A DNA stretch of 64,000 nucleotides from Chiloscyllium plagiosum (Eukaryota): positions 575,248 to 639,247 of the forward strand of contig NC_057751.1 of the NCBI RefSeq assembly GCF_004010195.1. The letters are read 5' to 3'. The notes beneath the pieces are model-generated. The model was given only the letters and a program-made list of their open reading frames with translations. It did no database searches and was not told where the DNA came from. Position numbers and translations under genes: made by a program. Below are positions 49,391 through 61,101 of the stretch, piece after piece (within the stretch, counting starts at the first letter, position 1; each line of letters opens with the position of its first letter).

Positions 49391-50978
49391 CAGCCTGTCA
49401 ACACTCCACTCACACCACTTGTACTGTCTTTTGACACTCTGAATTACCTGGAATTATCTTGCAATGATCTTTCTGCCTATAAATTCTGTGCCTTGCACTT
49501 CCCTCCACTTCACCTGACAAAGGAGTAGTGCTCTGAAAACTTGTGATTGCAAATAAATCTGTTGGACTATAACCTGGCGTCGTGTGTCTTCTGACTTTGT
49601 CCACCCACCTCCACCTCATGGTTACCTATAATGCTCATAGCATTAAAGTAGAGGCCATCTATCTCACCTTACTCCCTTGAAACTCAACAGAGCTGAACTC
49701 CCCTTGCCTTGATTCCTTCACTAAATTAAGCTGTGTCCCTATTGGATGTACACTCTGTGTCCCCTTCCTCCGTCAAACTATTGAAAACCACTCGCAGTAG
49801 GAAACCCATCCGTAAGGATGTTGGTCACATTCTGGTTCAGGTGTAGACCATCCTACCTGCTTGGGTTCCATCTTCCCCAGAAACAGTCCCAGTGACCCAG
49901 AATCTGCAACCCCCTCTCCTGCACAAACCCTTGAGCAATGCATTTATTTGCCATATTGCCCCATTTCTGTCCTCACTAATATGTGGCACCCAGAGTCATC
50001 GAAAGATTCCACCGTTTGAGATACTATTTTTAATACACTGCCTAGCTCCCTAAACTCTTCATGCAAGATCTCATCATTTATTCTGCCTATATCGTTGGCA
50101 CTGATGTGTACCAGGCTTCTGTTTTGTCACCCACCCCTTCAAAATGTCCTGCAGCTGCTCAGTGACATCCCTGACTCAGGTACCAGGGAGCCAACACGGC
50201 ATTCAACAGACACGTCTGCAGCTACAGAACTGCCCGTCTGTCCGTTCCCCAAACTAATGAATCAGAATGGACGTGAATCTCAGCTTTGACTCACAAGAAC
50301 TTAATCGAGACAGGGCATTATTACATCTGAGAGACTTTGCACCATTTTCTGTTCTTGGACAGGTATCCCTGGCTTCTTAAGTAAAATGCATTCCTCAAGA
50401 AATATTATTATTTGGTTATTAGGAGGCTGGAAGCTGGAACATGTGCGATTCTCCTCAAATATGCAAGTGAAAAGTAGCTGTGGTCACCAATGACAGATCA
50501 ACAATAATGTTCCTAGCGTGCCCCAGTTTTCAAAAGTTATAATGATTACCTCTGAGCCTTTAGAACCTGTTTCTGTCCCTCCTGTAAGTTGCTCCATTAC
50601 CCCAGCCCACCGACGAGTTACCTGAGAGTCTCACTATCACATCCCTTCCGAGGACAGATTAAGGCAACACATTACTGTGGGTATGGAGTGACATGTAAAC
50701 TAGATTGTTTAAGGACAGCAGATTTCTATCCCTCAAGGACATTATCAAAATTATGACAGTCAATGGTAGTTTCATGGCTTAACTCACTGAGAATTGCTTT
50801 TAATTCAAATCCCTGTGCCCCTGCAACAGTGACTAGTATCTCCCAGCTAGTTGAGGACCAATCCCTATTGTTTCACCAAACTCAGGGATACCACCTGCCC
50901 ATATTTAGGCTCTGAAACATATGCTGCTGTACAACAAATCTAAGTAAACACAAAGTGAAAAATAGTTTGCAGATGCAG

Positions 50979-50984
50979 TTTATT
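50979..50984 (-). terminator. ASPDH polyadenylation signal
   Basis: AATAAA on the minus strand about 80 nt after the stop codon. Confidence 0.6.
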
Positions 50985-51064
50985 ATAATTTTGCAAGACA
51001 GTTATACCTCTGAGGACCTGAATGGATGGCTCTGTTCCTCAGCACAGCCAAACTGGATGACTCC

Positions 51065-51102
51065 TCAACAAAGAAAGAGTTTGCCTCCATGACCTTTACA
51101 GT
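51065..51102 (-). CDS. ASPDH: ASPDH last coding exon (38 bp)
   Basis: ccctttccttag|ACTGTAAAGGTCATGGAGGCAAACTCTTTCTTTGTTGA; (N)CKGHGGKLFLC*; phase matches exon 6. Confidence 0.88.
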
Positions 51103-54100
51103 CTAAGGAAAGGGTGATTGGGGGGGGGGGAGGGGGGAGGTGGAAAATGTTAGTGATTCAACAACAGATCAAAGTAAATAATCACTCAAGTGCAATTTTC
51201 AAGTAAGCTATGTTTCTGTTCATGCTCAGAGATGACAATGGCTAAGAGGAAGAATGCTTTTTAATAATTCATGTTTGGACCAGTATATTCCTGTAGGCTT
51301 CCCAGTCTTTCCTCAATTTGGTTTATGGACATGGAACAAACTAAGATGCTGAATTCTGGCCAGCTCTCACTCGGCCTATGTTTAGACTCTGAACTATTCA
51401 TTTTCTCCATCAACCGATAAATCATGCCAGTTATAATACTCAAAGAGCATTTACAGCAAAAGGGAAGCCATTCAGCCCATCATATCAGGCAGAATCTGAA
51501 GAGCAGGACAGTCCATGTTTCGAACATAACCTCTTCATCAGAAATGATGAAATAGTGAATTCTTCCTGCTTGAAATATTGACTCTCCTGCTCCTGGGATG
51601 CTGCCTGATCTGCTGTGCTTTTCCAGCACCCACACCTTTTGACTCTGATCTCCAGCATCTGCAGTCCTCACTTTCTCCCATTTAGCCCATCGTGTCTAAC
51701 AAAGACCTAATGATGTTCATCCTAGTTTCCAGGTTTTGGCCTCTATTGTCATAGTTGCCAGAGCAAAAAGTGAAAATCTGAACACTGCTTCATTTTCACA
51801 GAGTTTCTGAATGACTACTCTTTCAGGCAGCAAATTCCAGACTCTTGCTGTCCTCTGAGTGAAAATATTTCTCCTCAACTTTCCTCTTAGCCTTCCATCT
51901 CTTTCCTTAAATCCATGCCCTTGGTTACTGACTCCTGTCCTGATGGAAAAAGCGCCATCCCATTCACTCTATCTTTGCCCCTCATAATCTTCTACATCTA
52001 TCAGGTTCCCTCTCAACCTCCGCTGCTCCAAGGGAAACAATCCGAGACACTCCAATCTTTCCTCATAGCACAGCCTCTCCAGCACAGCAAGCATTCTGGT
52101 AAATCTCCTCGGAATCCTGTCTCCTACAATTCTTTTGAAATGTCTTCTGATTTCATATTTCCCAAAATCGGCTTTTAAAAACCTGAGTGTTGTAAGCTCA
52201 ACAGAAATCCAGGAGAGGGCAGCATCTGCTCAGAACAGTGCACCATCCCATGGAGACACAAGTCATTTACAGACAAATAATTCTCAGAAAGGAGGCCTGA
52301 CTGGACTCATAATTACTTTGGCAGAAAGTCGAGGAACTTCTTCACCCAAAGGGTTGTGAATCTGTGGAATTCCCTGCCCGGTGGAGCAGTTGAGACTACC
52401 TTCTTGAATGTTTTTAAGACAAAGCTTGATATTTGAACAGTAAAGGAATTAAGGGTTACAGTGAGAGTGCGGATAAGTGGAGTTGAATCCACAAAAAGAT
52501 CAGCCATGATCTTATTGAATGGCAGATTAGGCTCGACGGGCCAGATGGCTTCCTCCTGCTCCTAGTTCTTATGTCCTTGCAACACACAATTTGGTCAGTC
52601 ATTCTCATGCCAGCTCAATGAAAAAACAAAGAACAGGCACTTTGACCCACTACGCCTGCGCTGACTAGCTCTTTTCTTGGATCTCTGCAAGTTTTGTTCT
52701 CTTAAACCAAGTGTCCAATTTTTAAGAGTTCAGATAGAATCTGATTCTTTGAGTCCTTCAAGGAATTTGTTCCAATCTAACATCCTGAAGGTTCATTTAT
52801 CAGATGTTTACTTATATGAAACAATCATTACAAATCAAAAAGTTCTTTATTGCCTGTTATATAGTTTGATATATTTTGATGTATGAGCATGTACTGCATA
52901 AATGTGACTCACTTTACACTTTCTCAGAACATCAGGTCTTCCACAAGCTAGTAAAAGAATTAAGGAGACATTAAGCTGCTTGACCTGTGTTTGAGCAAAG
53001 GTCGGAGAGTAATTTGCAATCTTGCACTTACTAAGCACACTGCTCCAGAATGAAGTGTAAGTAGCCATGCCTGTCACTTCCCCCACAGGGGCTGGGTTCC
53101 TCCGGCTTGTCTTGACTGTAAATTCATGGCCTGAGGACTTGTCTACTGGACCAGTTACTTCAATATCCACAATGTGAAAATTCAATAGGCTGCAGAGTCA
53201 GACAGCAAATTTCAACTTATAATAGAAACTCATTCAAAAGACATTTGAAAATCTTTTGAATACAGTGACCAGTTCAGGTCAGGCATCATATTCAAAACTG
53301 TATCCTGTTCCGGACCTAAAGTATTGGTTCCAGGTTAGACTTATACCATCAGACATAGGAGCAGAATTAGGCCATCAGCCCATCAAGTCTGCTCTGCATT
53401 CAGTGAGGTCACAGCTGATCTGATAATCCTCCACTCCACCTTTCCCACCTTTTTCTGATAATCCTCGATACCCTTATTGATTAAAAATGTGTCTCCCTCA
53501 GCATTGCACACACTTACCAACCCACCTTCATTATCTCTTCCATGGTCAAGAATCCCACAGATTCATTCAGATTTGACTATCTGCTCGTAATGGTGCAAAT
53601 CCTATTATTTTGAGGACTAACTTCTGGCTGTTTCTGTGTAACCTACTTCATTAGCAACAACCCTGAGTCTTTCTGAAAGGTCAGCTTGGCTCCCATGTCT
53701 TGGAATGAATGTTTGATAATGCAAAAGGTACCTACTCAGGATCAGCCACCAGGCTGCCTTGCACATGGTCAAAGCCCAGAGTGTGTCCGGCCATGGCTGC
53801 AGCAGCCATGGTGTTGACATTGTTCGGTGCAAGGTCACACAGGTTCCTCACTGGCCCATCGTACAGCACAACCCGCTGGCCCTTCGTGCTTTCCTTCAGC
53901 TCCTGGAGGTGACCTCGCAGTTTGAAGCTGTCTGGATGTTTGCTCATTGTCACCTTCAGACCCTGTAGGGATGGGCAAAGGTCAACTACCAGTTAGACTT
54001 GCCCATTCCGTCCTGCCAAACCATCCTTTTACTTCAGTGCAGTACAAACAGACCCTTTTCCAACTTGATGTAACAGGCATAGAGGTCCCTTTGAACGTCC

Positions 54101-57100
54101 ACCTCTACACACACACTCCACATGTAACACACGTTACTCTGAATCTCTATGTTCAGATTGTCACCATCTTCCAATTAGTTCCTTCAGTTCCCTCTGATAT
54201 GCTTCACACCTTGTAACTTGCTGTGATCAGAACTGCTGCTGGAGTTCTGAGTGACTCAGGAACTTAAGTCAGTTACACTTTAGAAAGATCAGCAAATGTC
54301 AACTGTTCTTTGACCCCACTGAGAAACAATATCTAGTTCCTGTAGACCACTAGTGCTCTCACCTTCAGGGTTCCTCTGTAAGCCATTTTCTGGATATCCT
54401 CTGCCCCCCAGAGGGCCCCACTGGGTATGTATAAGGTGTGTCCATATCTGCTTGCTGCCTCTCGACATTTAGTTTCGACTCCCAGTTCAGCAAATGCAGT
54501 TGGAGAACCAACCTGTGGGGTATAATGCATTATTCCAGTGTGGAAAGCATTGGGAAATGCAATCAATCGGCACCTGGGACACCCCACCAAGTGGGAATAT
54601 CCCAACTACAGTCTCTCATGTGTTGAAATTTCTCAGTGCCTGGGCGAGAAGAGAGTCTTTTTAACTGTTTAGTTTGTGAGATTGGAAGGTGCAAGCTGTT
54701 TTCTTTGAAGTCTTATTCTTGAAAGATAGAATTTAGAGTACAGAATGAGACCACTCAGCTTGGTGAGCCTGTACCACAGTTCACTATCTGTCTAATTCCT
54801 GTGTGTTGTTATTTTCTCACTGATAAAATTGTTGTGTGACATTCCCAGTTCTCATAACTGCCTGGGTGGAAACGTTCTTTCGAAGTTGCATTCCCATTGC
54901 TCCAGTAGAATCAGGAAATACCCTGTCAGTACAGATTCTGAACTGGGACAACGATCATTCGCTATTTACCCTCTGCAGTAAGATATCACTTGCCAAATCT
55001 GTCACCCTTTTGGCCTCAAGTTGAACTGGTCTGATTTGGATGGGGTGGTCATTGCCATGTAATGGCTGAAAGTATCCAACAGGGAGCCTCAGTCCAATCC
55101 CTGGGTGTTAACAGTGTCACTGGGATTCAAACAAAGGCTCTTGCCTTCAGGAGGCCTACTCCCCCCTCCCCGTATAATGGACAGCCATGTCACCTTTGAA
55201 TGCACTGTCTGGAGTTGTTTCCCTGAAAGCTTCTTCTTCTCTTCACCTCATTTTTCTCCTTGGAAACTCCCACCATGTTGGGTTGCCCTGCTGAACTTCT
55301 CCATTTTTAATTCAGTGTCTTTTCTTGATCCTGCCCTTGTTAAGTGATTTGCAATGTTTCTTTGTTAAAGATCTTTAAGTTGTTGTTGTTATCCATGAGT
55401 TGTTCTTTATGGAATGGGATCTAAGGTTTTCAATGAGATACAAACAGAAAAAGAATTACATTTTTTTCTAGTAAACTGCATTTAGTAAACAAATTAAGAA
55501 ATATTTATTGAGGTGTTCAAAATTATGAACAATTTTGACAGAGTGAAGAAGGATATCCTGAATATTAAAGCAGGGATGTACTTCTGAGGCTCTATAAGGC
55601 TCTGGTCAGACCACATTTGGAGTATTGTGCACAGATTTGGGCCCCATATCTCAGCAAAGATGGACTGTCACTGGAGCATGTTGAGAGGAGGTTCATGAGA
55701 TTGGTTCCAGGAATGAAAGGCTTAATGTATGAGGAACGTTTGAGAGCTCTGGACCTGCACCCGATGGAGTTTAGAAGGATGGGGGGGATGTAATTGAAAC
55801 TTACAGAATGGCCTGGCCAGAGTGGATGTTGGAAAGATGTTTCCATTAGTAGGACAGACTAGGACCTAAAGGCATGACCTTAGAGTAAAGGGAAGTTCTT
55901 TTCAAACAGAAATAAGGAGAAACGTATTCAGCCAGAGAGTGGTGAATCTATGGAATTCACTTCCACATAAGGTTGTGGAGGCCAGGTCATTGAATGTATT
56001 TAAGAGAGAGATAGATAGGTTCTTGATTTTTAAGGGGATCAAGAGTTACAGGAAGAAGGTGGGGGAACGAGGATGAGAAAATTATCAGCCATGATTGAGT
56101 GGTGGAGCAGACTTGATGGCCTGAGTGGCCTAACTTCCACGCCTATGTCTTATGATCTTGTGTCAGTAACTAAGGGTCACAGATTCAAGACTGTCAGCAA
56201 GAGAGCTAGGAGTGAAATAAGGAGAAACCTCTTTACTCAGGATTTGGAATGCACTGCTGGGGAGAGTGGTGGAGGTGGACTCTACCAGAGGTTTCAAAAG
56301 AGAGAAGAATATATATTTGAAAGTGATGAAGTTAGAGGGCTATGGAGACAGGGCTGGTGAGTTAGATGAGCTGGGTTACTCTTTTGGGCCCTGGTACAGA
56401 CACAATGGATTGAATGGTCTCCTTCTGTGCTGTAAAATTCTATGATTCTATCTCCCTTCCCAGCCTGGCCTTCACTCACAGAATGATCTAGTTTTGGTTT
56501 GTGTCCAATTGGCACAAGTGACAGATATGGGTGAATTGGAAAGGCAAACATACCATACAATCCGCATGTTTCAGAAACTCTTCACCGTAGTCCTTTATTA
56601 TCTGAGGATGAGCTACTTCCACAATGAGGTCAGCACGTCTGGGGAAAAGAAACAGCTAATAACCGTCATCCAAGGGAAAAATGGGAAAATCATCAAACTG
56701 CAAACTGCTTCATCACTGGCTTTTCCCATTAACAGGGGAAAATTCACTGTGCAGGGAAGAACCTTGGAGCAGGGCAGAGGGAAACAATAACAGTCTATAA
56801 TGTCACAACACAAATCCCATCAGAACAAGGGACACCCATGTCCCATCTTTTTCTGGGGACTGAGAACAGAATGCTCTTGGTTGGTTGACCTGGAGATACA
56901 TTCAACATCTCAGGGCCTCACTCAGTCCAATTCTACTGGTTTTAAATTCAGTATGAAAAAAGATAGAACTGATCAAAAAGTTAAATTCAGGGAGCTAGGG
57001 TGGAAGCTGTGAGCGAGAACAAACAGAGTTGTTATCTCTGGTTTGTTGCCCGTGCCATGTGCTAGAGAGGCCAGGAATATGGAGAGAGAGGAGTTGAATA

Positions 57101-60100
57101 TGTGGGCTACAGGGATAGTGCAGGAGGGAGGATTTCAGATTCCTGGATAATTAGGGCTCTTTCTGAGGAAGGTGGTCTTCACCTGAACCAGAAAGATACC
57201 AATATCCTTAGTGGGAAATATGCTAATGCTCTTTGGGAGGGTTTAAAGTAATTCAGCAGTGGGATGGGAACCTAACTTGTAGTTCCAGTATATAGGAGGT
57301 TAGAGTAGTGAGGTCAGAAATAAGGTTTCAAGGTCAAAAGAAGGCACTGACAAGCAAGAAGTTGGTTTAAAGTGTCTCTACTTCAACACCAGGAGCATCC
57401 GGCAAAAGGTGGGTGAACGTGCAGCATGGGCTGGTGCCTGGGATTTCAATGTTGGGGCCATTTCAAAGATATGGGGAGAGTAGGGACAGGAATGGTTGTT
57501 GCAGATTCGGGGATTTGGATATTTCAGTAAGAAATGGAAAGAAGACAAAAGAGGGAGGGGGGGGGTGGTGTCGCATTGTTAGTCAAGGACAGTATTACGG
57601 TGGCAGAAAGGACATTTGAGGACTCATCCACTGAGGTAGTGTGAGCTGAGGTTAGAAACAGGAAAGGAGAGGTCACCCTGTTGGGAGCTTTCTATAGGCC
57701 TCCAAATAGAAATGCAGAGGAAAGGATAGCAAAGATGATTCTTGATAGGAGCAAGAGTGACATGGGGTAGTTGTCATAGTTCGAGTACTTTAGATAGGTC
57801 AGTTTTTGTCCAATGTGTGCAGGATGGTTTCCTGACACAGTATGTAGACAGACAACAAGGGGCAGAGCCACATTGGATTTGGTACTGGGTAATGAACCCG
57901 GCCAGGTGTTAGACTTGGAGGTAGATAAGCACTTTGGTGATAGTGACCACAATTTGGTTATGTTTACTTTAGTGAGGGAAAGGGATCGGTATATAACGCG
58001 GGACAAGAGTTATTGCTGGGAGAAAGGCAATTATGATGCGATTAGGTAAGACTTAGGATGCACAGGATGGGGAAGGAAACTGCAGGGGATGGGCACAATT
58101 GAAATATGGAGCTTTTTCAAGGAATAGCTACTACGGGTCCATGATAATTATGTACCTGTCAGGCAGGGAGGAAGTTGTCGAGCAAGGGAGCCGTGGTTTA
58201 ATAAAGAAGTTGAAGCTCTTGTCAAGAGGAAGAAGAAGGCTTATGTTAGGATGAGACGTGAACGCTCAGTTAGGGCACATGAGAGTTACAAGTTAGCCTG
58301 GAAAGACCCAAAGAGAGAGTGAAGGAGAGCCATGAGGGGACATGAGAAGAAGTCTTTGGCAGGTAGGATCAAGGAAAACCCTAAAGCTTTCTATCAGTGT
58401 ATCAGGAATAAAAGAATGACGAGGGTAAGATTAGGGCCAATCAAGGATAGTAGTGGGAAGTTGTGCGGGGAGTCAGAGGAGATAGGGGAAGCGCTAAATG
58501 AATATTTTTTTGTCAGTATTCACACTGGAAAAAGATAATGTTGTCGAGGAGACTACTGAGATACAGGCTACTAGACTAGATGGGACTGAGGTTCACAAGG
58601 AGGAGGTGTTGGCAATTCTGGAAAATATGGAAATAGGTAAGTCCCCTGGGCCAGATGGGATTTATCCTAGGATTCTCTGGGAAGTCAAGGAGGAGATTGC
58701 AGAGTCTTTGACCTTGATCTTTATGTCATCGTCAACAGGAAAAGTGCCAGAAGATTGGAGGATAGCAAACGTTATCAAGTCTTAAACGTTGTTCAAGTAG
58801 GGGAATAGAGAAAACCCTGATAATTATAGAGAAGGGGACTTTACTTTGGTTGTGGGTAAAGTGTTGGAAAGGGTTATAAGAGATGGGATTTATAATCATC
58901 TAGAGATGAATAAGTTGGTTAGGGATAGTCAACACAGTTTTGTGAAGCGTAGGTCATGTCTCACAAACCTTATTGAGTTCATCAAGAAGTGACAAAACAG
59001 GTAGATGAAGGTAAAGCAGTTGATGTGGTGCATATGGATTTCAGCAAGGCATTTGACAAGGTTCTCCATGGTAGGCTATTGCGCAAAATACAGAGGCATG
59101 GGATTGAGGGTGATTTAGCAGTTTGGATCAGAAATTGACAAGCTGAAACAAGACAGGAGATGGTGGTTGATGGGAAATGTTCATCTTGGAGTTCAGTTAC
59201 AAGTAATACGGCTGTTTTGTCATTTTTATAAATGACCTGGATGAAGGCGTAGAAGGATGGGTTAGTAAATTTGCAGATGACACAAAGGTCAGTAGAGTTG
59301 TGGATAGTGTCAAAAGATGTGGGTTACAGAGGGACATGGATAAGCTGCAGAGCTGGGCTGAGAGGTGGCAAATGGAGTTTAATGTGGAAAAGTACTTATA
59401 CACTTAATGGTAAGGTCAGAGTGAATGTTACTGAACAAAGAGACCTTGGAGTGCAGGTTCATAGCTCCTTGAAAGTGGAGTCACAGGTAGATAGGATAGT
59501 GAAGAAGGCGTTTTGTATGCTTTCCTTTATTGGCCAGAGTGTTGAGTACAGGAGTTGGAAAGTCATGTTACGGCTGTACAGGACATTGGTTAGGCCACTG
59601 TTGGAATATTGTATACAATTTTGATCTCCTTCCTGTAAGGAAAAGCTAGGGAACTATAGACCAGTGAGCCTGATGTCAGCAGTGGGTAAGTTGTTGGAGG
59701 AGATTCTGAGGAACAGGAAATATGCATTTGGAAACACAAGGGCTGATTAGGGATAGTCAGCATGGCTTTGTGTTGTGGGAAATCGTGTCTGACTAACTTG
59801 ACTGAATTTTTTGAAGAGGTGACAAAGAAGATTGATGAAGGCAGAGCGATGGACATTGTCTATATGGACTTCAACAAAGCATTTAACAAGGTTCCACATA
59901 ATAGACACGTTAGTGAAGTCAGATCATATGGGATCCAGGGGGAGCTAGCCAATTAGATACAAATTGAGTTGAAGGTATGAGACAGAGGTTGGTGGTGGAG
60001 GGTTAATGTTTGGACTGGAGACTGTGACGAGTGGGGTGCCACTAGGATTGGTGCTGGATCCATTGCTTTTTTTCATTTACATAACTGAAGTGGATGTGAA

Positions 60101-61101
60101 TATTGGAGGTATAGTCAGTAAATTGGCAGATAACACAAATATAGGTGGTATGGTGAAGAAGATTATCTGAGAGTACAGCAGAACCTTGTTCAGAAGGACA
60201 AATGGCCCGAGGAATGGAAGATGGAGTTTAATTTTGATAATTGTGAGGTGCTGCACTTTGGAAAAGTAAACCAGGGTAGGACTTCTACACTTCATGGTCA
60301 GGCCCTGGAGAGTGCTGGTGAACAAAGAGACCTTGGAGTGCAGATTCATAGTTCCTGAAAGTTACCTTATAGAAACCTCACAGAAGTTCATAAAATCATG
60401 AGGGGCATGAATAGGGTGAATAGCAAAGGTCTTTTCCCCAGGGTGGGGGAGCCCAAAACTAGAGGGTATCAGTTTAAAGTGAGAGGGGAAAGATTTAAAA
60501 AGGACCTGAGAGGTAACATTTTCATGCAGAGTGTGGTGTGAATTACAGCATTTGAAAGGCCTCTGGCTGGAGTCATGAATATGCAGGGTTTATGAAGAGG
60601 ATATGGTTCTGAAAAAGGGAACTAGATCAAACTGGGATGCATGATTGGTGCATACAAGTGTAGGCCATGCTGCATGACTCTATGGCTCGAAGGTACTGCT
60701 CCTATGCTTAGCTTTTCCAGCACCACTCACAGAAAACTCCTTCTCTCCCTCACCCAGTGTTCTATCAATTTCCATCTGGCTAATCCAATGTTTTTAACTC
60801 CTCTGTTTCTCTCTCTCTCCCCCATTCATTTGCATGAATCTCTTGCAAATTTTGTAAATGTCTAAGATGTCCTACTGGAAGCATGTGCAGAGAACTGGCC
60901 ACAATACTCCAACCGGGGCTATATTATTCGTTTCACATGAAAATGAGCTCACTCACCGCTCAATAAACATGCTGAGATCCTCCAGCTGCATTTCCTTTTG
61001 AACTTTCCCTTCCATCTTCTCCTGATTTCTGTTCCACACAAAAGCTAGTTCAAGACCATACAGATGCCCCTTTTCCTCAATCATTTCTGTCAGGTACTGA
61101 C
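51065..61101 (-). CDS. ASPDH: Aspartate dehydrogenase domain-containing protein, exons 2-7 (5'-partial): 61101-60957, 56638-56554, 54512-54363, 53962-53736, 53189-53032, 51102-51065
   Basis: Six exons join in frame with GT-AG sites: GLELAFVWNRN, ADLIVEVAHPQII, VGSPTA...SGALWGAEDI, VLYDGPVRNLCDLAPNNVNTMAAAA, FHIVDIEVTG...RRNPAPVGEVTG.ATYTSFWSS, CKGHGGKLFLC*. These match recalled vertebrate ASPDH motifs. Confidence 0.93.
51482..51677 (+). mobile_element. PLE family A insertion (ASPDH last intron)
   Basis: Family tail gatgctgcctgatctgctgtgcttttccagca...ctcactttctc; TSD ccattcagcccatc / ccatttagcccatc. Confidence 0.75.
53032..53189 (-). CDS. ASPDH: ASPDH exon 6 (158 bp)
   Basis: ctctgcag|CCTATTG...GTGCTTA|gtaagt; LLNFHIVDIEVTG...FWSSVL. 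Confidence 0.93.
53736..53962 (-). CDS. ASPDH: ASPDH exon 5 (227 bp)
   Basis: ccctacag|GGTCTG...CCTGA|gtaggt; GLKVTMSKHPDSF...GSLVADP. Confidence 0.93.
54363..54512 (-). CDS. ASPDH: ASPDH exon 4 (150 bp)
   Basis: ccccacag|GTTGGT...CTGAAG|gtgaga; VGSPTAFAELG...GALWGAEDIQKMAYRGTLK. Confidence 0.93.
55500..56450 (+). mobile_element. Two nested CR1 3' fragments
   Basis: LYKALVRPHLEYCAQIWAP copy (~55560-56160) splits an older CR1 3' end that finishes ttctatgattctat. Confidence 0.8.
56554..56638 (-). CDS. ASPDH: ASPDH exon 3 (85 bp)
   Basis: tttcttttccccag|ACGTGCT...TGTATG|gtatgt; RADLIVEVAHPQIIKDYGEEFLKHADCM (frame not in the ORF track). Confidence 0.93.
56985..60685 (+). mobile_element. Composite CR1 array (ORF1 end, endonuclease, RT, plus further RT/3' fragments)
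   Basis: LYFNTRSI, ATLDLVLGN...GDSDHN, KSPGPDGIYPRIL, MDFSKAFDKV, KFADDTK; second RT segment SCLTNLTEFFEEVT at ~59780; many stops and frameshifts. Confidence 0.9.
60957..61101 (-). CDS. ASPDH: ASPDH exon 2 (145 bp)
   Basis: tttgcag|GTCAGTAC...GAGCG|gtgagt; QYLTEMIEEKGHLYGLELAFVWNRNQEKMEG. Confidence 0.92.

Larger units (their letters stand above)
47272..49621. mobile_element. PLE family C insertion with inverted ends and decayed hammerhead (49514)
   Basis: acaaagtcagaag...atagtccaccaggtttatttg versus caaataaatctgttggactat...cttctgactttgt; TSD ttgcctataa (47262) / ttacctataa (49622); CTGACAA-A-GGAGT-AGT-GCTCT-GAAA. Confidence 0.7.
44450..50250 (-). mobile_element. Long decayed CR1 (ORF1 esterase-like remnant, APE endonuclease, RT, 3' end) hosting nested insertions
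   Basis: LVHISANDIG (~50095, GxND-like); LYFNAMSI|IGKTVELRVWIDTWNSDVANTET; KSPGLDE; VDFIEAFDKAPH; 3' end at ~44450. Interrupted at ~44760-45290 and 47272-49621. Confidence 0.8.
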
